From: Xanthobacteraceae bacterium
GTDB taxonomy: Bacteria > Pseudomonadota > Alphaproteobacteria > Rhizobiales > Xanthobacteraceae
Direction of reading: 5' to 3'
NCBI GenBank assembly: GCA_035263865.1
Contig: DATFQX010000214.1
Location: 1,631 to 65,630, forward strand
DNA: 64,000 bases
Positions 9,409 to 19,718 of the stretch are shown here, in pieces. The notes beneath the pieces are model-generated. The model saw only the letters and a program-made list of their open reading frames with translations, ran no database searches and was not told the origin of the DNA. Numbering within the stretch: the stretch's first letter is position 1; every line of letters starts with the position of its first letter. The translations under genes and the position numbers were made by a program.

Positions 9409-10215
9409 TCAGGTTCCAATTCGCAGCGGTGAGTGAAGTTTGCGCAGGGCGGCGAGCACCGAAAGCGCCGTAATGCGTCCGGTTCGGGGATTGTCCGAAG
9501 GGATGTTTTCAATCGACAGGGTGAAGCGAGCCGAGTCGCTGTCCACCTCGACGGTGTGGCAGTTACGCTCGATCAGGGGGTCGGCCCAGATCTCCGCTAT
9601 TGTGCGATCGGGTCCAATGCCGGCCAGCGCCAGCGCCGCCGCCACGTTCACGTTAGCAGGAAAGCCGGCGGCGGCATCTCGCGCCGTTCCGGAGAACACG
9701 AGTCTAGGCTCGTTCAGGCCTTCCAGGGAGATGCCGTTTTCAACGAGGTATGGCGCACCCACAAGGCTGCGCGGCGGCTTGCGTGTGATCATGCGCACCG
9801 CATGAATGCGGCCTTCGGCCGCAGCGGTAACGGCGTCAAGCCCCAAGAGGGCACCACTCGGCACGATGATCTGTCCTCCGCGCACTTTCGCCAGCTCTAT
9901 CAATTCGGGCCGGGGCAGCAGCGCGCCGACGGACAGCACCATCACGTTTTTCCCTGCCTCCAGCATCGGCCGGCAGATTGCTTCGAGCATGGACGCGGGG
10001 GTGCATTCGATCGCTAGGTCAGCATGGGCCGGAAACTCCGCGGGCCCCACTAAAGGACACGTGACCCGTTCCGCACGAAGCCAAGCTTGAGCCTTCGCCT
10101 GGTCTCGCACCGCGGCGCAGGCCAGCACAAAACCAGGCATGCCCGCCGACAGCTCGCGCGCGACCACGCGGCCGATGGCGCCGAGACCGCCAACAGCAAC
10201 GCGGGTCATCGGCAT
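9409..10215 (-). CDS. aspartate dehydrogenase (NadX/DUF108) family protein
   Basis: Rossmann N-terminus VAVGGLGAIGR and C-terminal GFPANVNVAAALALAG...NPRTGRITALS, typical of L-aspartate dehydrogenase. Confidence 0.8.
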   Translation of the reverse strand: MPMTRVAVGGLGAIGRVVARELSAGMPGFVLACAAVRDQAKAQAWLRAERVTCPLVGPAEFPAHADLAIECTPASMLEAICRPMLEAGKNVMVLSVGALLPRPELIELAKVRGGQIIVPSGALLGLDAVTAAAEGRIHAVRMITRKPPRSLVGAPYLVENGISLEGLNEPRLVFSGTARDAAAGFPANVNVAAALALAGIGPDRTIAEIWADPLIERNCHTVEVDSDSARFTLSIENIPSDNPRTGRITALSVLAALRKLHSPLRIGT

Positions 10216-10347
10216 GGGCGAGACCTGGGCACGATGAGACCTCCCGAACGTTGCTTACGCGGCTCGCTTGCCCGTCACAAGCCAGCCGCGACTTGACCGG
10301 CATCTGTCCAAAGCACAAATCTCTCGAGCGATCAGGGAGAAAACGAA

Positions 10348-11346
10348 ATGTTCAGATTAGGCATGAGCCGTGTGCTCAAGAGCGTAGGTGGGGCATGCGG
10401 CATCGTGCTCGCATTCACCAGCGTGACGCTAGGCCAAGCGTATCCCACAAGGCCGATGACAATGATCATTCCATTCGCGGCCGGCGGCCCCACCGACGTA
10501 CTCGGCCGCGTCATGGCGCAACGTATGAGCGAGACCCTCGGCCAGCAGGTCGTGGTCGAGAACGTCGGTGGCGCCGGCGGCATGACCGGCTCCAAGCGCG
10601 TGGCCGATGCTGCGCCCGACGGCTACACTTTCGTACTCGGCACGGTCGGTACCCATGCGCAGAGCCAGACCATGTACAAAAAGCCCCTCTACAATGCAGC
10701 GACCGATTTTACGCCGGTTGCCCTCATCGCCGAGGTTCCGATCGTGCTCATTACGCGCAAGGATCTGCCGGTGAATAACCTCCAAGAATTTATCGCTTAT
10801 GCCAAAGCCAACCAGACAAAGATGCAGTATGGTTCGGCCGGGGCGGGCTCGGCGACCCATCTTGGGTGCGTTCTGCTCAACTACCTCATCGGTGTCGACA
10901 TCACCCACGTCCCTTATCGTGGCACCGGCCCCGCCATGCAGGATCTGCAAGGCGGCCGAATCGATTACCTCTGCGAGATTGTTAGCACCGCCAAGCCGCA
11001 GATCGACGGCGGGACGGTGAAGCCGATTGCGATCATGACAAAGGAGCGCTCCCCCGCGCTCTCGAACGTGCCGACCGGTCTCGAGCAGGGGACGCCGAAT
11101 CTCGAGGCCTATACCTGGAACGCTATCTTCCTTTCCAAGGGCGCGCCTGCCGACGTCGTCAAGAAGCTCCATGACGCGACGGTTGAGGCCATGAAGACGC
11201 CGTCGGTACGCGAACGACTCGAAGCGCTTGGCGCCGTCATCGTGCCCGAGGAGCGTGCCACCCCGGAATATCTCGGCCAATTCGTCAAGAGCGAGATCGA
11301 CAAGTGGGCCGCTCCAATCAAAGCAAGCGGCGTGGCCGTGGATTAA
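10348..11346 (+). CDS. Bug/TctC family tripartite tricarboxylate transporter substrate-binding protein
   Basis: Signal peptide, then YPTRPMTMIIPFAAGGPTDV and HVPYRGTGPAMQDLQGGRID. Confidence 0.9.
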   Translation: MFRLGMSRVLKSVGGACGIVLAFTSVTLGQAYPTRPMTMIIPFAAGGPTDVLGRVMAQRMSETLGQQVVVENVGGAGGMTGSKRVADAAPDGYTFVLGTVGTHAQSQTMYKKPLYNAATDFTPVALIAEVPIVLITRKDLPVNNLQEFIAYAKANQTKMQYGSAGAGSATHLGCVLLNYLIGVDITHVPYRGTGPAMQDLQGGRIDYLCEIVSTAKPQIDGGTVKPIAIMTKERSPALSNVPTGLEQGTPNLEAYTWNAIFLSKGAPADVVKKLHDATVEAMKTPSVRERLEALGAVIVPEERATPEYLGQFVKSEIDKWAAPIKASGVAVD

Positions 11347-11388
11347 CCGGACGCGCGACGGCAGTGCCAGCAAGCGCGAACGTGCTTG

Positions 11389-11598
11389 CTATTCCAGCTC
11401 GATTTCGCCTTTGACCTCGTGCGAAAGGCCGACGCCGCGCACCGTGACCGTGGCTGTGGCGGGAAATTTCTCGTTGCCTTTGAGCCTACCCTCCGCAACG
11501 GCCTGGCGCACCGCCTTCTCGATCTCGCGCTGGGCGCTTACCCCAAGGGTTTTGAGGAATTTGCGAATACTGCCATTGAAGACGTCCTCGTCCATCAT
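11389..11598 (-). CDS. DUF6494-like small protein (69 aa)
   Basis: ATGATG at 11598 is preceded by GGAGG. The sequence MMDEDVFNGSIRKFLKTLGVSAQREIEKAV matches my recollection of this family. The rest of the 155-aa ORF is upstream shadow. Confidence 0.7.
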   Translation of the reverse strand: MMDEDVFNGSIRKFLKTLGVSAQREIEKAVRQAVAEGRLKGNEKFPATATVTVRGVGLSHEVKGEIELE

Positions 11599-11753
11599 CG
11601 CCTCCTTTGCGCCATTATACGCCTGAGTGGCCGCCGTCGAATCGCCCCGTTTGAGCCGCGGATTGCGCGAACAATTCCCTATTTGCGTCAATGTGAAGCC
11701 ATGACATCCGGTGCGTATATGTGTGTGCCCGCATTGACCAATTGGGGGGATCG

Positions 11754-12353
11754 ATGCCCACGCCACGCAGATTGGCCGTTCTGATAGCCGGCGCCGCGGT
11801 GCTGGCCAGCCTGTCCGCGAGCCCAGTACAGGCGTGCGATAATGATCGTTACCCATGCCCGGTCATCGCACAGACGCAGAATACGCCCGAGGCTACAGCT
11901 AAATCATCGTCGCGCAAGAAAACGGCGCACACGGCGCGCCAGGAGAAGGACCGCGCGAAAAGTGAAGCTCAAGCCCCATCGTCGGTTTCGAAAAATGCGG
12001 CTGGTGGCCAGGGGCAAGCGACTGCGTCCGGCAGCAAGACAGCGGCCAAACCCGCATCCACATCAACCCTGAATGAGCAGATTGATCGCGAGGAAAGCCA
12101 AGTATCCGCGGCGGCGGCGGCTTGGCTCGTTGGCGCCAATGCCGAGGAAACCGCCGCGCAGCCAGGAATTGGTGATGACGCGGCCACGGCCGTTCCGGCA
12201 AATGCGGTGCAATTAGTCGATCCGCACGAGCCCAACGAACTCGATCTTGCGGCAGCTTCCCCGGCGCCAGCGCAGTCCAGTTGGCTCAGCTCTCTCCTCG
12301 CAACTTTGGGTGCAGCTCTCGCCGCAGCCTCCGCTTTGCGCTTCTTCGTCTGA
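11754..12353 (+). CDS. hypothetical secreted/anchored low-complexity protein
   Basis: Signal peptide MPTPRRLAVLIAGAAVLASLSASPVQA, an Ala/Ser/Lys-rich middle and a hydrophobic C-terminus (LLATLGAALAAASALRFFV). I recognise no family. Confidence 0.5.
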   Translation: MPTPRRLAVLIAGAAVLASLSASPVQACDNDRYPCPVIAQTQNTPEATAKSSSRKKTAHTARQEKDRAKSEAQAPSSVSKNAAGGQGQATASGSKTAAKPASTSTLNEQIDREESQVSAAAAAWLVGANAEETAAQPGIGDDAATAVPANAVQLVDPHEPNELDLAAASPAPAQSSWLSSLLATLGAALAAASALRFFV

Positions 12354-12445
12354 ATCTTTCCTGCCTAGGGCCTTGGTCGGGCTGCTTTGCTTGACAAGAG
12401 TTCCTGTTCTGTTCTTCATGGCAGCCAAGAGCCGAGGGGCTGCCG

Positions 12446-13546
12446 ATGCCAATTTTCACGCCTCATCAAGATGCCGCCCTGATGGCGGCTTCGGCCTGGC
12501 TCAAAACCGCGCGCGGGCGTGCTTCGATATTCCGCTTATTCGGCTATGCCGGGACCGGCAAAACCACGCTCGCCAAGCATCTCGCCGAAAGTATCGACGG
12601 CAAGGTCCTGTTCGCGGCCTTCACCGGCAAGGCCGCATGCGTAATGCGCAGCAAGGGCTGTCACGGCGCCACCACGATCCACAGCCTCATCTACAGGGCG
12701 CGCGACAGTGGTCAGGAGACGCCCACTTTCGAGCTTTGGGACGAGGCGCCCGCCTCCAAGGCAAAGCTCATCATCATCGACGAATGCTCGATGGTCGACG
12801 ACGAGCTTGCCCGCGATCTGATGTCGTTCGGTGTGCCGCTATTGGTGCTCGGCGATCCCGCACAACTGCCGCCGATCCAAGGCGGCGGGTTTTTCACCGG
12901 CGCCGAACCTGACGCCATGCTCACCGAAGTTCATCGGCAGGCCCAGGATGATCCGATTGTGCGGTTGTCGATGATGATCCGAGCGGGCAAGACGCTGCAG
13001 GAAGGGCGCTATGGGGAGAGCGAGGTGGTGCGCCGCGAGGCGGTGGACTCTGCGCGCGTGACCGGCGCCGACCAAATCCTTGTGGGCCGCAACACCACGC
13101 GGCGCGCCTACAACGCGCGCTTGCGGGAGCGGCGCGGCTTTGTCGACGCATTGCCGATCGCGGGCGACAAGCTCGTTTGCCTGCGCAACAACCGCCGCAA
13201 GGGGTTATTCAACGGCGGCCTGTGGGTGGTTAGTGAATCCCCGAAGAGACGGCGGCAAATTCTCCGCATGCGGCTCAGGCCGGACGAGGAGGTTGGTGGG
13301 CGAATGACCAGGGTCTCGGTCCGTCCGGAATGCTTCACCGGCGCCATCGAGCAGTTGGACTGGCCAGCGCGCAAATCCTATGACGAGTTCGACTTCGGCT
13401 ATGTGTTGACCGTCCACAAGGCACAAGGTTCACAGTGGAATGACGTGGTGTTGTTCGACGAGTCAGTCGCATTCCCGGAGAACCGCGACCGCTGGCTCTA
13501 TACAGGAGTAACGCGGGCGGCGAAACGACTCACCCTGGTGGTGTGA
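12446..13546 (+). CDS. RecD/Dda-like SF1B DNA helicase (AAA ATPase)
   Basis: Walker A GYAGTGKTT, Walker B IIIDECSMV, and C-terminal TVHKAQGSQW / YTGVTRA motifs. Confidence 0.85.
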   Translation: MPIFTPHQDAALMAASAWLKTARGRASIFRLFGYAGTGKTTLAKHLAESIDGKVLFAAFTGKAACVMRSKGCHGATTIHSLIYRARDSGQETPTFELWDEAPASKAKLIIIDECSMVDDELARDLMSFGVPLLVLGDPAQLPPIQGGGFFTGAEPDAMLTEVHRQAQDDPIVRLSMMIRAGKTLQEGRYGESEVVRREAVDSARVTGADQILVGRNTTRRAYNARLRERRGFVDALPIAGDKLVCLRNNRRKGLFNGGLWVVSESPKRRRQILRMRLRPDEEVGGRMTRVSVRPECFTGAIEQLDWPARKSYDEFDFGYVLTVHKAQGSQWNDVVLFDESVAFPENRDRWLYTGVTRAAKRLTLVV

Positions 13547-13552
13547 CGAGTT

Positions 13553-15223
13553 TCACTTCGTTTGCCCTTCCACCTCGCGCACCGGCGTCTCCGGGACCAG
13601 GCCAGCGCGCCGGCGGGCAAAGGTCTCCTCGCCATTTTGCTGCCAGCGGCCGGCGACGGCGCGCTGTGCATAAACGTCCCAGCTCGCCGACCAATCGCCG
13701 AGCGAATAGCCGTGCCATGGCGCTTGGGGCGTCAATGCGGGTAGCTCGAGCTCCTGCCAAATCGTGCGCGCCCGCTCCATGAATTCCCGCGCGGGCAAGG
13801 CAAGCGGCGGCGCTGCATGTTTTAGCGTTGCATCGATGAGAATGCCCGAATCTTCCTCCCGCGGAGCAGATTTCGGCCCATGGCCGGCGGAGCGATGGGG
13901 GGCGATATGTACGTCTTCCATCGGGTTCGAGCGGTAGGCGAGCGCCCAAAACACAGCATCGGCGTTCGTCGGATCGATGTCCTCGCTCACCGCAATGCAG
14001 ACCTTCCCACAATCGGGCAGGAGCGTCGCGGCCGCGTGCAAACCCCGCCAGATTTCGGTACGCGGGGTCCCCTGCGCGTACTGCACCAAGATGATCTTGC
14101 GCAAGTTGGAGAGCGGCTCGTGCATGACCACCCGGCGGACTTCTTTGATCCCCAGGTGCTGGCGCAGATGCGTGAAGAACAACGGCTCCATCGCCACCTT
14201 CTTGAGTACGCTCGATTCGCTCGGCGTCACTTGGCTGATGATGGAGGTAAACACAGGGGACTTTCGCTGCGTGACCGCGGTCACCCGCATCGACATGTTG
14301 AAGTCCTCGAGCGCGACGTGGCCGTGACTTTCCCCGAACGGACCTTCCGGTTCCAGCAGATCAGGATCGATCAGTCCTTCAATGATGATTTCGGCGTCGG
14401 CCGGTACGTTGAGATCGACGGTGACCGCTTTCGCCACACGCATCGGCACGCCCGCGAGCGCCCCCGCCACTGCCATTTCATCGGAATCGACGGCAAGCTT
14501 CATTCCGCCCGTGAACATCGCGACCGGCGCACAGCCGACGACGATCGCGGAGGGCATCGGCTCGCCGCGCCGGTTGTGCTTCTTCCAATGCAGATATCCG
14601 CCGGCGCCGCCGATCCGCGCGGCCATGCGCACGCCGAGCCGGTCAGTCGCCTTCAGCGCCGCGCGGTATGTTCCCATGTTCTGAACGCCCGTTTCTGGGT
14701 CGCGCGTGATGCACAGCGTCGCCGTCAGGTAGGGCGCAGCGTCGAAGCCCGGTGTCGAAATCGGCACCGGTAGGCGCGCCAAGCCCTTGCCGCTGCCGCG
14801 CAGCTCCTCGCCCGTGATCACGACCGCCTGGCACGCCGGCGCCTCAACGAGAACCGGCGGGATCGGGCTTGCGATCGCGCGCACCCACGCCGCTTCGATC
14901 TCCTCGACGGGGCACCCCATGCCGATGGCGTAGATCTGCGGCGAGGCAGCGAGCGCGCCGACCGCGACCGGAATCTCGTAACGACGACCGGACGAGTCGA
15001 TGACATTGGTGAACAAGAACGCGCGCCGCTGATCCTCCCTCAGTCCCCCCTGGAATTGCCAGCGCACCAACGGATGCAATTCGGTATCCTTGTTGATCGC
15101 CCGATCGATGCGCAACAGCATTCCCCGCGCCTCGAGGGCGGCGAGGTGTGATTGGAAATCGAGCGGCGGTCCCGCGTCCGGTTTTCGTGCGGACCGACGC
15201 GCATCGGCACCCACGTCGAGCAT
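13553..15223 (-). CDS. UbiD family (prenyl-FMN dependent) decarboxylase
   Basis: 556 aa with UbiD-type blocks (QNMGTYR, EGPFGESHGH). It is divergent from the Mo-enzyme gene, and no ubiX is in the window. Confidence 0.85.
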   Translation of the reverse strand: MLDVGADARRSARKPDAGPPLDFQSHLAALEARGMLLRIDRAINKDTELHPLVRWQFQGGLREDQRRAFLFTNVIDSSGRRYEIPVAVGALAASPQIYAIGMGCPVEEIEAAWVRAIASPIPPVLVEAPACQAVVITGEELRGSGKGLARLPVPISTPGFDAAPYLTATLCITRDPETGVQNMGTYRAALKATDRLGVRMAARIGGAGGYLHWKKHNRRGEPMPSAIVVGCAPVAMFTGGMKLAVDSDEMAVAGALAGVPMRVAKAVTVDLNVPADAEIIIEGLIDPDLLEPEGPFGESHGHVALEDFNMSMRVTAVTQRKSPVFTSIISQVTPSESSVLKKVAMEPLFFTHLRQHLGIKEVRRVVMHEPLSNLRKIILVQYAQGTPRTEIWRGLHAAATLLPDCGKVCIAVSEDIDPTNADAVFWALAYRSNPMEDVHIAPHRSAGHGPKSAPREEDSGILIDATLKHAAPPLALPAREFMERARTIWQELELPALTPQAPWHGYSLGDWSASWDVYAQRAVAGRWQQNGEETFARRRAGLVPETPVREVEGQTK

Positions 15224-15331
15224 AGTCGCAACCTTATCGTTTCGCGGCTAACGTACGATCTGTCCCGATTGCAATGCAATGCTTTCGGTATATCGTGGCG
15301 AGCGCATTGCGCTGTTCCGGGACATCCGACC

Positions 15332-17677
15332 ATGGGCGCGAGGCATTTCGGCGCCCGCATCGCGCGCCTTGAGGACCCGGCGCTGCTGACGGGGCGCGGG
15401 CGCTTCGTCGACGACATCAGACTCGCGGGTGCGTTGCACGCATGCTTCGTACGCAGCCCGCACGCCCACGCCAAAATCCGCGCCATAGATACGTCGGCGG
15501 CGCGCGCCCTGCCCGGCGTCCACGCGGTGCTGACCGCGGACGATCTGCCGGCGCGCATGGCGCGCAACGAGATTCCGATGCTTGTGCCCAATCCGTCGAT
15601 TGCGACGCCGCGAACCCAGCTCGCCTTGGCGCGCCGCGAAGTCTGCTATGTCGGCCAGACCATCGCGGTGGCGATTGCCGACAACCGCTACCTCGCGGAG
15701 GACGCGGCCGCGGCGGTCAACGTCGAATTTGAAGTCTTGCCGGCGGTCAGCAACTGCCGCGAGGCCGCACGCCCCGGCGCTCCGCCCACGCACAGCGACC
15801 TGGCGAGCAATATCGCGGCCGTCGTTCCCATGAGCTACGGCGACGTCGAGGCGGCATTCGCCGGCGCCGCATACGTGTTCGAGGACGAACTCTTCCTTCA
15901 TCGCGGCGGTGCCGTGACGCTCGAAGGCCGCGCCGTGCTCGCAACTTATGACGGCGGCGCCGATATATTGACGGTGTGGTCGGCGACACAGACGCCGCAC
16001 CTTTGTCGCGCCACACTTGCCGATCTCTTTGAACGCGACCTCGAGGCGATCCGGGTGATCGCGCCTCACGTCGGCGGCGGCTTCGGCACAAAGGCGCCGT
16101 TCTATGCCGAGGAGGCGGTCATTCCGGCCGTCGCGATGAAGCTTTGCCGCCCGATCGCGTGGCAGGAGGACCGACGCGAACATTTTCTCTCGGCGACTCA
16201 GGAGCGCGACCAGTATTGGAAAGTCGCCGTTGCCGTCGATGACGAAGGAAAAATCCTCGGGCTTTCCGGCACTATGCTCCACGACTCCGGCGCATTCCTG
16301 CCCTGGGGCATCATCGTGCCTTACATCGCCGCTACGACGTTCCCTGGGCCTTACGTCGTGCCGGCTTATCGCATCGAGGCAACCGTCGTGCTCACCAACC
16401 GCGTGCCGACCACGGTCGTGCGCGGCGCCGGTCGCCCGCAGGCGGTTTTCGCCATGGAACGGCTGATGGACAGGCTCGCGCGCGAACTCAAGCTCGATCG
16501 CGCTGAGCTACGTCGGCGCAACATGATCGTTCCCGAGCAGATGCCTTACTCCGTCGGACTGACATTTCGCGACGGCAAGCCCCTCATCTATGCGAGTGGG
16601 GATTTTCCGAAAAGCCAAGAGCGGGCGCTCGCGCTCGCCGCCTACGCGGAATTTCCGCTGCGCCGAAGTAAAGCAGGCACCGAAGGGCACTATCTCGGCA
16701 TCGGGCTCGCCAACTATGTGGAAGGCACGGGGCTTGGACCGTTCGAAGGGGTCACCGTGCGCGTCCTGCCCAATGGCAAGGTCGCGGTGGCAACCGGCGC
16801 CACAACGCAAGGGCAAGGCACACGCACGACGCTCTCGCAAATCGTGGCGGATGAGGTCAGCTGCCGCATCGAAGACATCGTCATGACCGTCGGCGATACC
16901 GCGGCGATCTCGCAAGGCGTCGGCGCCTTCGCCAGCCGGCAGGCGATCAACGCCGGCTCCTCCGCGCTGATTGCGGGAGCAAACGTGCGCAAGCAAATCA
17001 TCGCGCTCGCCGCCCGCCTTCTCGGATTGCCCGAGCCCGACATTGAAGTCGAGGATGGACGCGCCACCGCCCGCGGCGGCAACAAGCCGTCTATCACGTT
17101 TGGAGAGCTTGCGCGGGCCGCGCAGGGCATGCCGGGCTTTTCGTTTGCCGTCGAACAGACGCCTGGCCTTGAGCACACGGCCTATTTCGTCCCGCCGCAA
17201 GCCTCGTATTGCAACGGTACGCACATCGCGGAGGTCGCGGTCGACCCTTTCACCGGCGGGGTGCGCCTTCTGCGTTACACGGTCGCGCACGACAGCGGAA
17301 GGATCATTAATCCGCTGATCGTCGACGGCCAAGTGCAGGGCGGCGTCGCCCACGGCATCGGCAACGCGCTGTTCGAGCAGATGAAGTACAATCAAGGAGC
17401 GCAGCCATTGACCACCACCTTTCAGGACTATCTGTTGCCGACCGCCCTCGACGTGCCGGGCTGCGATATCGAGCACGTGGAGACGCCGAACCCGCTCAAT
17501 CCGCTTGGTGTGAAAGGTGCCGGCGAGGGCGGCACGATTCCGGCGCCCGCGGCAATCATCTCAGCCGTCGAGGACGCGCTCTCGGCCTTCGGCGTGCGCT
17601 TTACCGAGATGCCGTTGACTCCCGACCGCATCGTCGATGCGTTGCGCAAAGCCGGTGCGTACGAGACGTTGGCGTAA
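15332..17677 (+). CDS. xanthine dehydrogenase family molybdopterin-binding (large) subunit
   Basis: The ATG at 15332 (MGARHFGARIARLEDPALLTGRGRFVDD) opens the a/b-hammerhead N-terminus. The Mo-site block reads VVRGAGRPQ and the C-terminus has GVKGAGEGGT. Confidence 0.9.
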   Translation: MGARHFGARIARLEDPALLTGRGRFVDDIRLAGALHACFVRSPHAHAKIRAIDTSAARALPGVHAVLTADDLPARMARNEIPMLVPNPSIATPRTQLALARREVCYVGQTIAVAIADNRYLAEDAAAAVNVEFEVLPAVSNCREAARPGAPPTHSDLASNIAAVVPMSYGDVEAAFAGAAYVFEDELFLHRGGAVTLEGRAVLATYDGGADILTVWSATQTPHLCRATLADLFERDLEAIRVIAPHVGGGFGTKAPFYAEEAVIPAVAMKLCRPIAWQEDRREHFLSATQERDQYWKVAVAVDDEGKILGLSGTMLHDSGAFLPWGIIVPYIAATTFPGPYVVPAYRIEATVVLTNRVPTTVVRGAGRPQAVFAMERLMDRLARELKLDRAELRRRNMIVPEQMPYSVGLTFRDGKPLIYASGDFPKSQERALALAAYAEFPLRRSKAGTEGHYLGIGLANYVEGTGLGPFEGVTVRVLPNGKVAVATGATTQGQGTRTTLSQIVADEVSCRIEDIVMTVGDTAAISQGVGAFASRQAINAGSSALIAGANVRKQIIALAARLLGLPEPDIEVEDGRATARGGNKPSITFGELARAAQGMPGFSFAVEQTPGLEHTAYFVPPQASYCNGTHIAEVAVDPFTGGVRLLRYTVAHDSGRIINPLIVDGQVQGGVAHGIGNALFEQMKYNQGAQPLTTTFQDYLLPTALDVPGCDIEHVETPNPLNPLGVKGAGEGGTIPAPAAIISAVEDALSAFGVRFTEMPLTPDRIVDALRKAGAYETLA

Positions 17678-17816
17678 CCACTGCACGCCAAGCTGATCGC
17701 CTGTAGGATCGGTCGTTTCTTTTTTTCGAGATCCCAGCGCGCTCTACCGCGCGGGACGCCGCTGCCCAATCGTCCTATATAAATTCCGCAGTCATCTGGA
17801 ACTCTGGAGGCTTCCC

Positions 17817-19613
17817 ATGCCAGGCAATGGAAGGCGGCCGCCCCTGCGCTCGCAATTGTGGTTCGACAACCCTGACAATCCGGGCATGACTGCGCTTTAT
17901 CTCGAGCGCTACCTTAACTTTGGACTGACGAAGCAAGAGCTCACATCCGGCAAGCCGATCATCGGCATCGCCCAGAGTGGGTCGGACCTCTCGCCTTGCA
18001 ATCGGCACCATCTGGAACTCGCCAAACGGGTCCGCGAAGGGATTCGCGATGCTGGAGGTGTCGCCTTCGAATTTCCCATGCATCCGCTGCAGGAGACTGG
18101 CAAGCGCCCGACCGCGGCCCTTGACCGCAATCTCGCCTATCTAAGTCTCGTCGAGGTGCTGTTCGGCTATCCGCTCGACGGCGTCGTTCTCACCACGGGG
18201 TGCGACAAGACCACACCTGCGGCCATCATGGCGGCGGCAACGGTGAATACGCCGGCAATCGTGCTCTCGGGTGGGCCGATGCTCAACGGCTGGTGGAAAG
18301 GTGAGCGCGCTGGATCCGGCACCGTCGTTTGGTGGGCGCGCCAGGAGCATGCCGCTGGCCGCATGGACTACCAGGAATTTCTCGATCTTGTCGCCTCCTC
18401 AGCGCCATCAATCGGCCATTGCAATACCATGGGCACAGCCTCGACCATGAATGCGCTCGCTGAAGCGCTGGGACTTTCGCTGCCCGGCTGCGCCGCCATT
18501 CCGGCGCCCTACCGCGAGCGCGGGCAGATCGCCTATGAGACCGGACGACGCGCCGTGGAGATCGTGCACGAGGATCTCAAACCGTCCGACATCTTGACCC
18601 GCGAGACGTTCGAGAATGCCATAGTCGCGTGCTCCGCGATCGGCGGCTCCAGCAATGCACCCATTCACATCAACGCGATCGCCCGCCATGTCGGCGTTGC
18701 GCTGTCGATCGAGGACTGGGAAACAATCGGCTATGAGGTGCCGCTCCTCGTCAATATGCAGCCCGCCGGCAAATATCTCGGCGAGGAATATTACCGCGCT
18801 GGCGGATTGCCCGTGGTACTCAACCAATTGATTGCGGCCGGTTGCATCCATGCCAATGCGCGGACGATCAATGGCAAGACCGTTGGCGAAAACGTCAAGG
18901 ACGCCAAAATCGCGGACGCCGACGTGATCCGCCCGCACGACAGGCCGCTCAAGCAGCATGGCGGGTTCAAGGTGCTGTCCGGAAATTTGTTCGAGTCAGC
19001 AATCATGAAAACGAGCGTGATCTCGGAGGAGTTCAGGCAGCGGTATCTCTCGAATCCAAAAGACCCTAACGCTTTTGAAGGCCGCGCGGTGGTGTTCGAC
19101 GGACCGGAGGACTACCACCGTCGCATCGAAGACCCGTCATTGGAGATCGATGCGAACACGATGCTGTTCATCCGCGGCGTCGGGCCCATCGGCTATCCGG
19201 GCTCGGCGGAGGTCGTGAACATGCAGCCGCCGGCCGCGCTGATCAAACGCGGGATCACGTCGCTGCCCTGTATTGGGGACGGCCGCCAGTCGGGTACCTC
19301 GGCCTCGCCGTCGATCATCAACGCTTCGCCCGAAGCCGCGGCTGGCGGCGGGCTTGCTCTGCTCAAGACCGGCGATCGCGTTCGGATCGATCTCAACAAG
19401 GGCACTGCCAACATGCTGGTCTCGGAAGCCGAACTTGCACGGCGCCGCGTCGAGCTGGAGCAAGCGGGCGGCTACAAATACCCTTCAAGCCAAACGCCGT
19501 GGCAGGAAATGCAACGCGGGATAGTCGACCAGCTCGCCGGCGGCATGGTGCTCAAGCCCGCCCTGAAATATCACCGCATAACGCCAGCAAATGTGCCGCG
19601 GGATAATCACTGA
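17817..19613 (+). CDS. IlvD/Edd family dehydratase, XylD/AraC (pentonate dehydratase)-like
   Basis: [22 protein letters not shown]...[21 protein letters not shown]...[10 protein letters not shown] closely resembles my recollection of Caulobacter D-xylonate dehydratase. Confidence 0.85.
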   Translation: MPGNGRRPPLRSQLWFDNPDNPGMTALYLERYLNFGLTKQELTSGKPIIGIAQSGSDLSPCNRHHLELAKRVREGIRDAGGVAFEFPMHPLQETGKRPTAALDRNLAYLSLVEVLFGYPLDGVVLTTGCDKTTPAAIMAAATVNTPAIVLSGGPMLNGWWKGERAGSGTVVWWARQEHAAGRMDYQEFLDLVASSAPSIGHCNTMGTASTMNALAEALGLSLPGCAAIPAPYRERGQIAYETGRRAVEIVHEDLKPSDILTRETFENAIVACSAIGGSSNAPIHINAIARHVGVALSIEDWETIGYEVPLLVNMQPAGKYLGEEYYRAGGLPVVLNQLIAAGCIHANARTINGKTVGENVKDAKIADADVIRPHDRPLKQHGGFKVLSGNLFESAIMKTSVISEEFRQRYLSNPKDPNAFEGRAVVFDGPEDYHRRIEDPSLEIDANTMLFIRGVGPIGYPGSAEVVNMQPPAALIKRGITSLPCIGDGRQSGTSASPSIINASPEAAAGGGLALLKTGDRVRIDLNKGTANMLVSEAELARRRVELEQAGGYKYPSSQTPWQEMQRGIVDQLAGGMVLKPALKYHRITPANVPRDNH

Positions 19614-19718
19614 TTGCCACGAAGACGCCGCGCCGCGAGCAAGAATCCTCTGGCTGCGGCGGCGCATGAACCAAACCGCCTGAAACCCGTTGGTGGCCAG
19701 AGCACGGAGATGCTGATC

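Noticed and set aside
11599-11856. The N-terminal extension of the 155-aa ORF 11389..11856.
   Set aside because: A strong GGAGG-ATGATG at 11598 starts the recognisable DUF6494-like 69-aa protein. The extension overlaps the divergent gene's 5' region and is compositionally non-coding.
12190-12353. A PEP-CTERM or other C-terminal sorting signal in the secreted low-complexity protein (..HEPNELDL...hydrophobic...RFFV).
   Set aside because: There is no true PEP motif immediately before the helix, no basic cluster after it, and no exosortase or sortase gene nearby.
12247-12912. A 221-aa ORF in an alternative frame overlapping the helicase start.
   Set aside because: It is Arg-rich shadow sequence, while the helicase frame carries Walker A/B and SF1 motifs.
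15248-17476. Long minus-strand ORFs (15248..16282, 344 aa; 16508..17476, 322 aa) opposite the Mo-enzyme gene.
   Set aside because: These are antisense shadow ORFs typical of high-GC DNA. They are Arg/Ala/Gly/Pro-rich with no motifs, whereas the plus-strand product has clear family signatures. The same reasoning applies to 10429..11373, 13880..14773, 19725..20450, 21263..21910, 28824..29606, 33880..34728, 34834..35694, 37790..38584, 38476..39126, 40851..41792, 45958..46839, 58748..59812 and 61015..61908.
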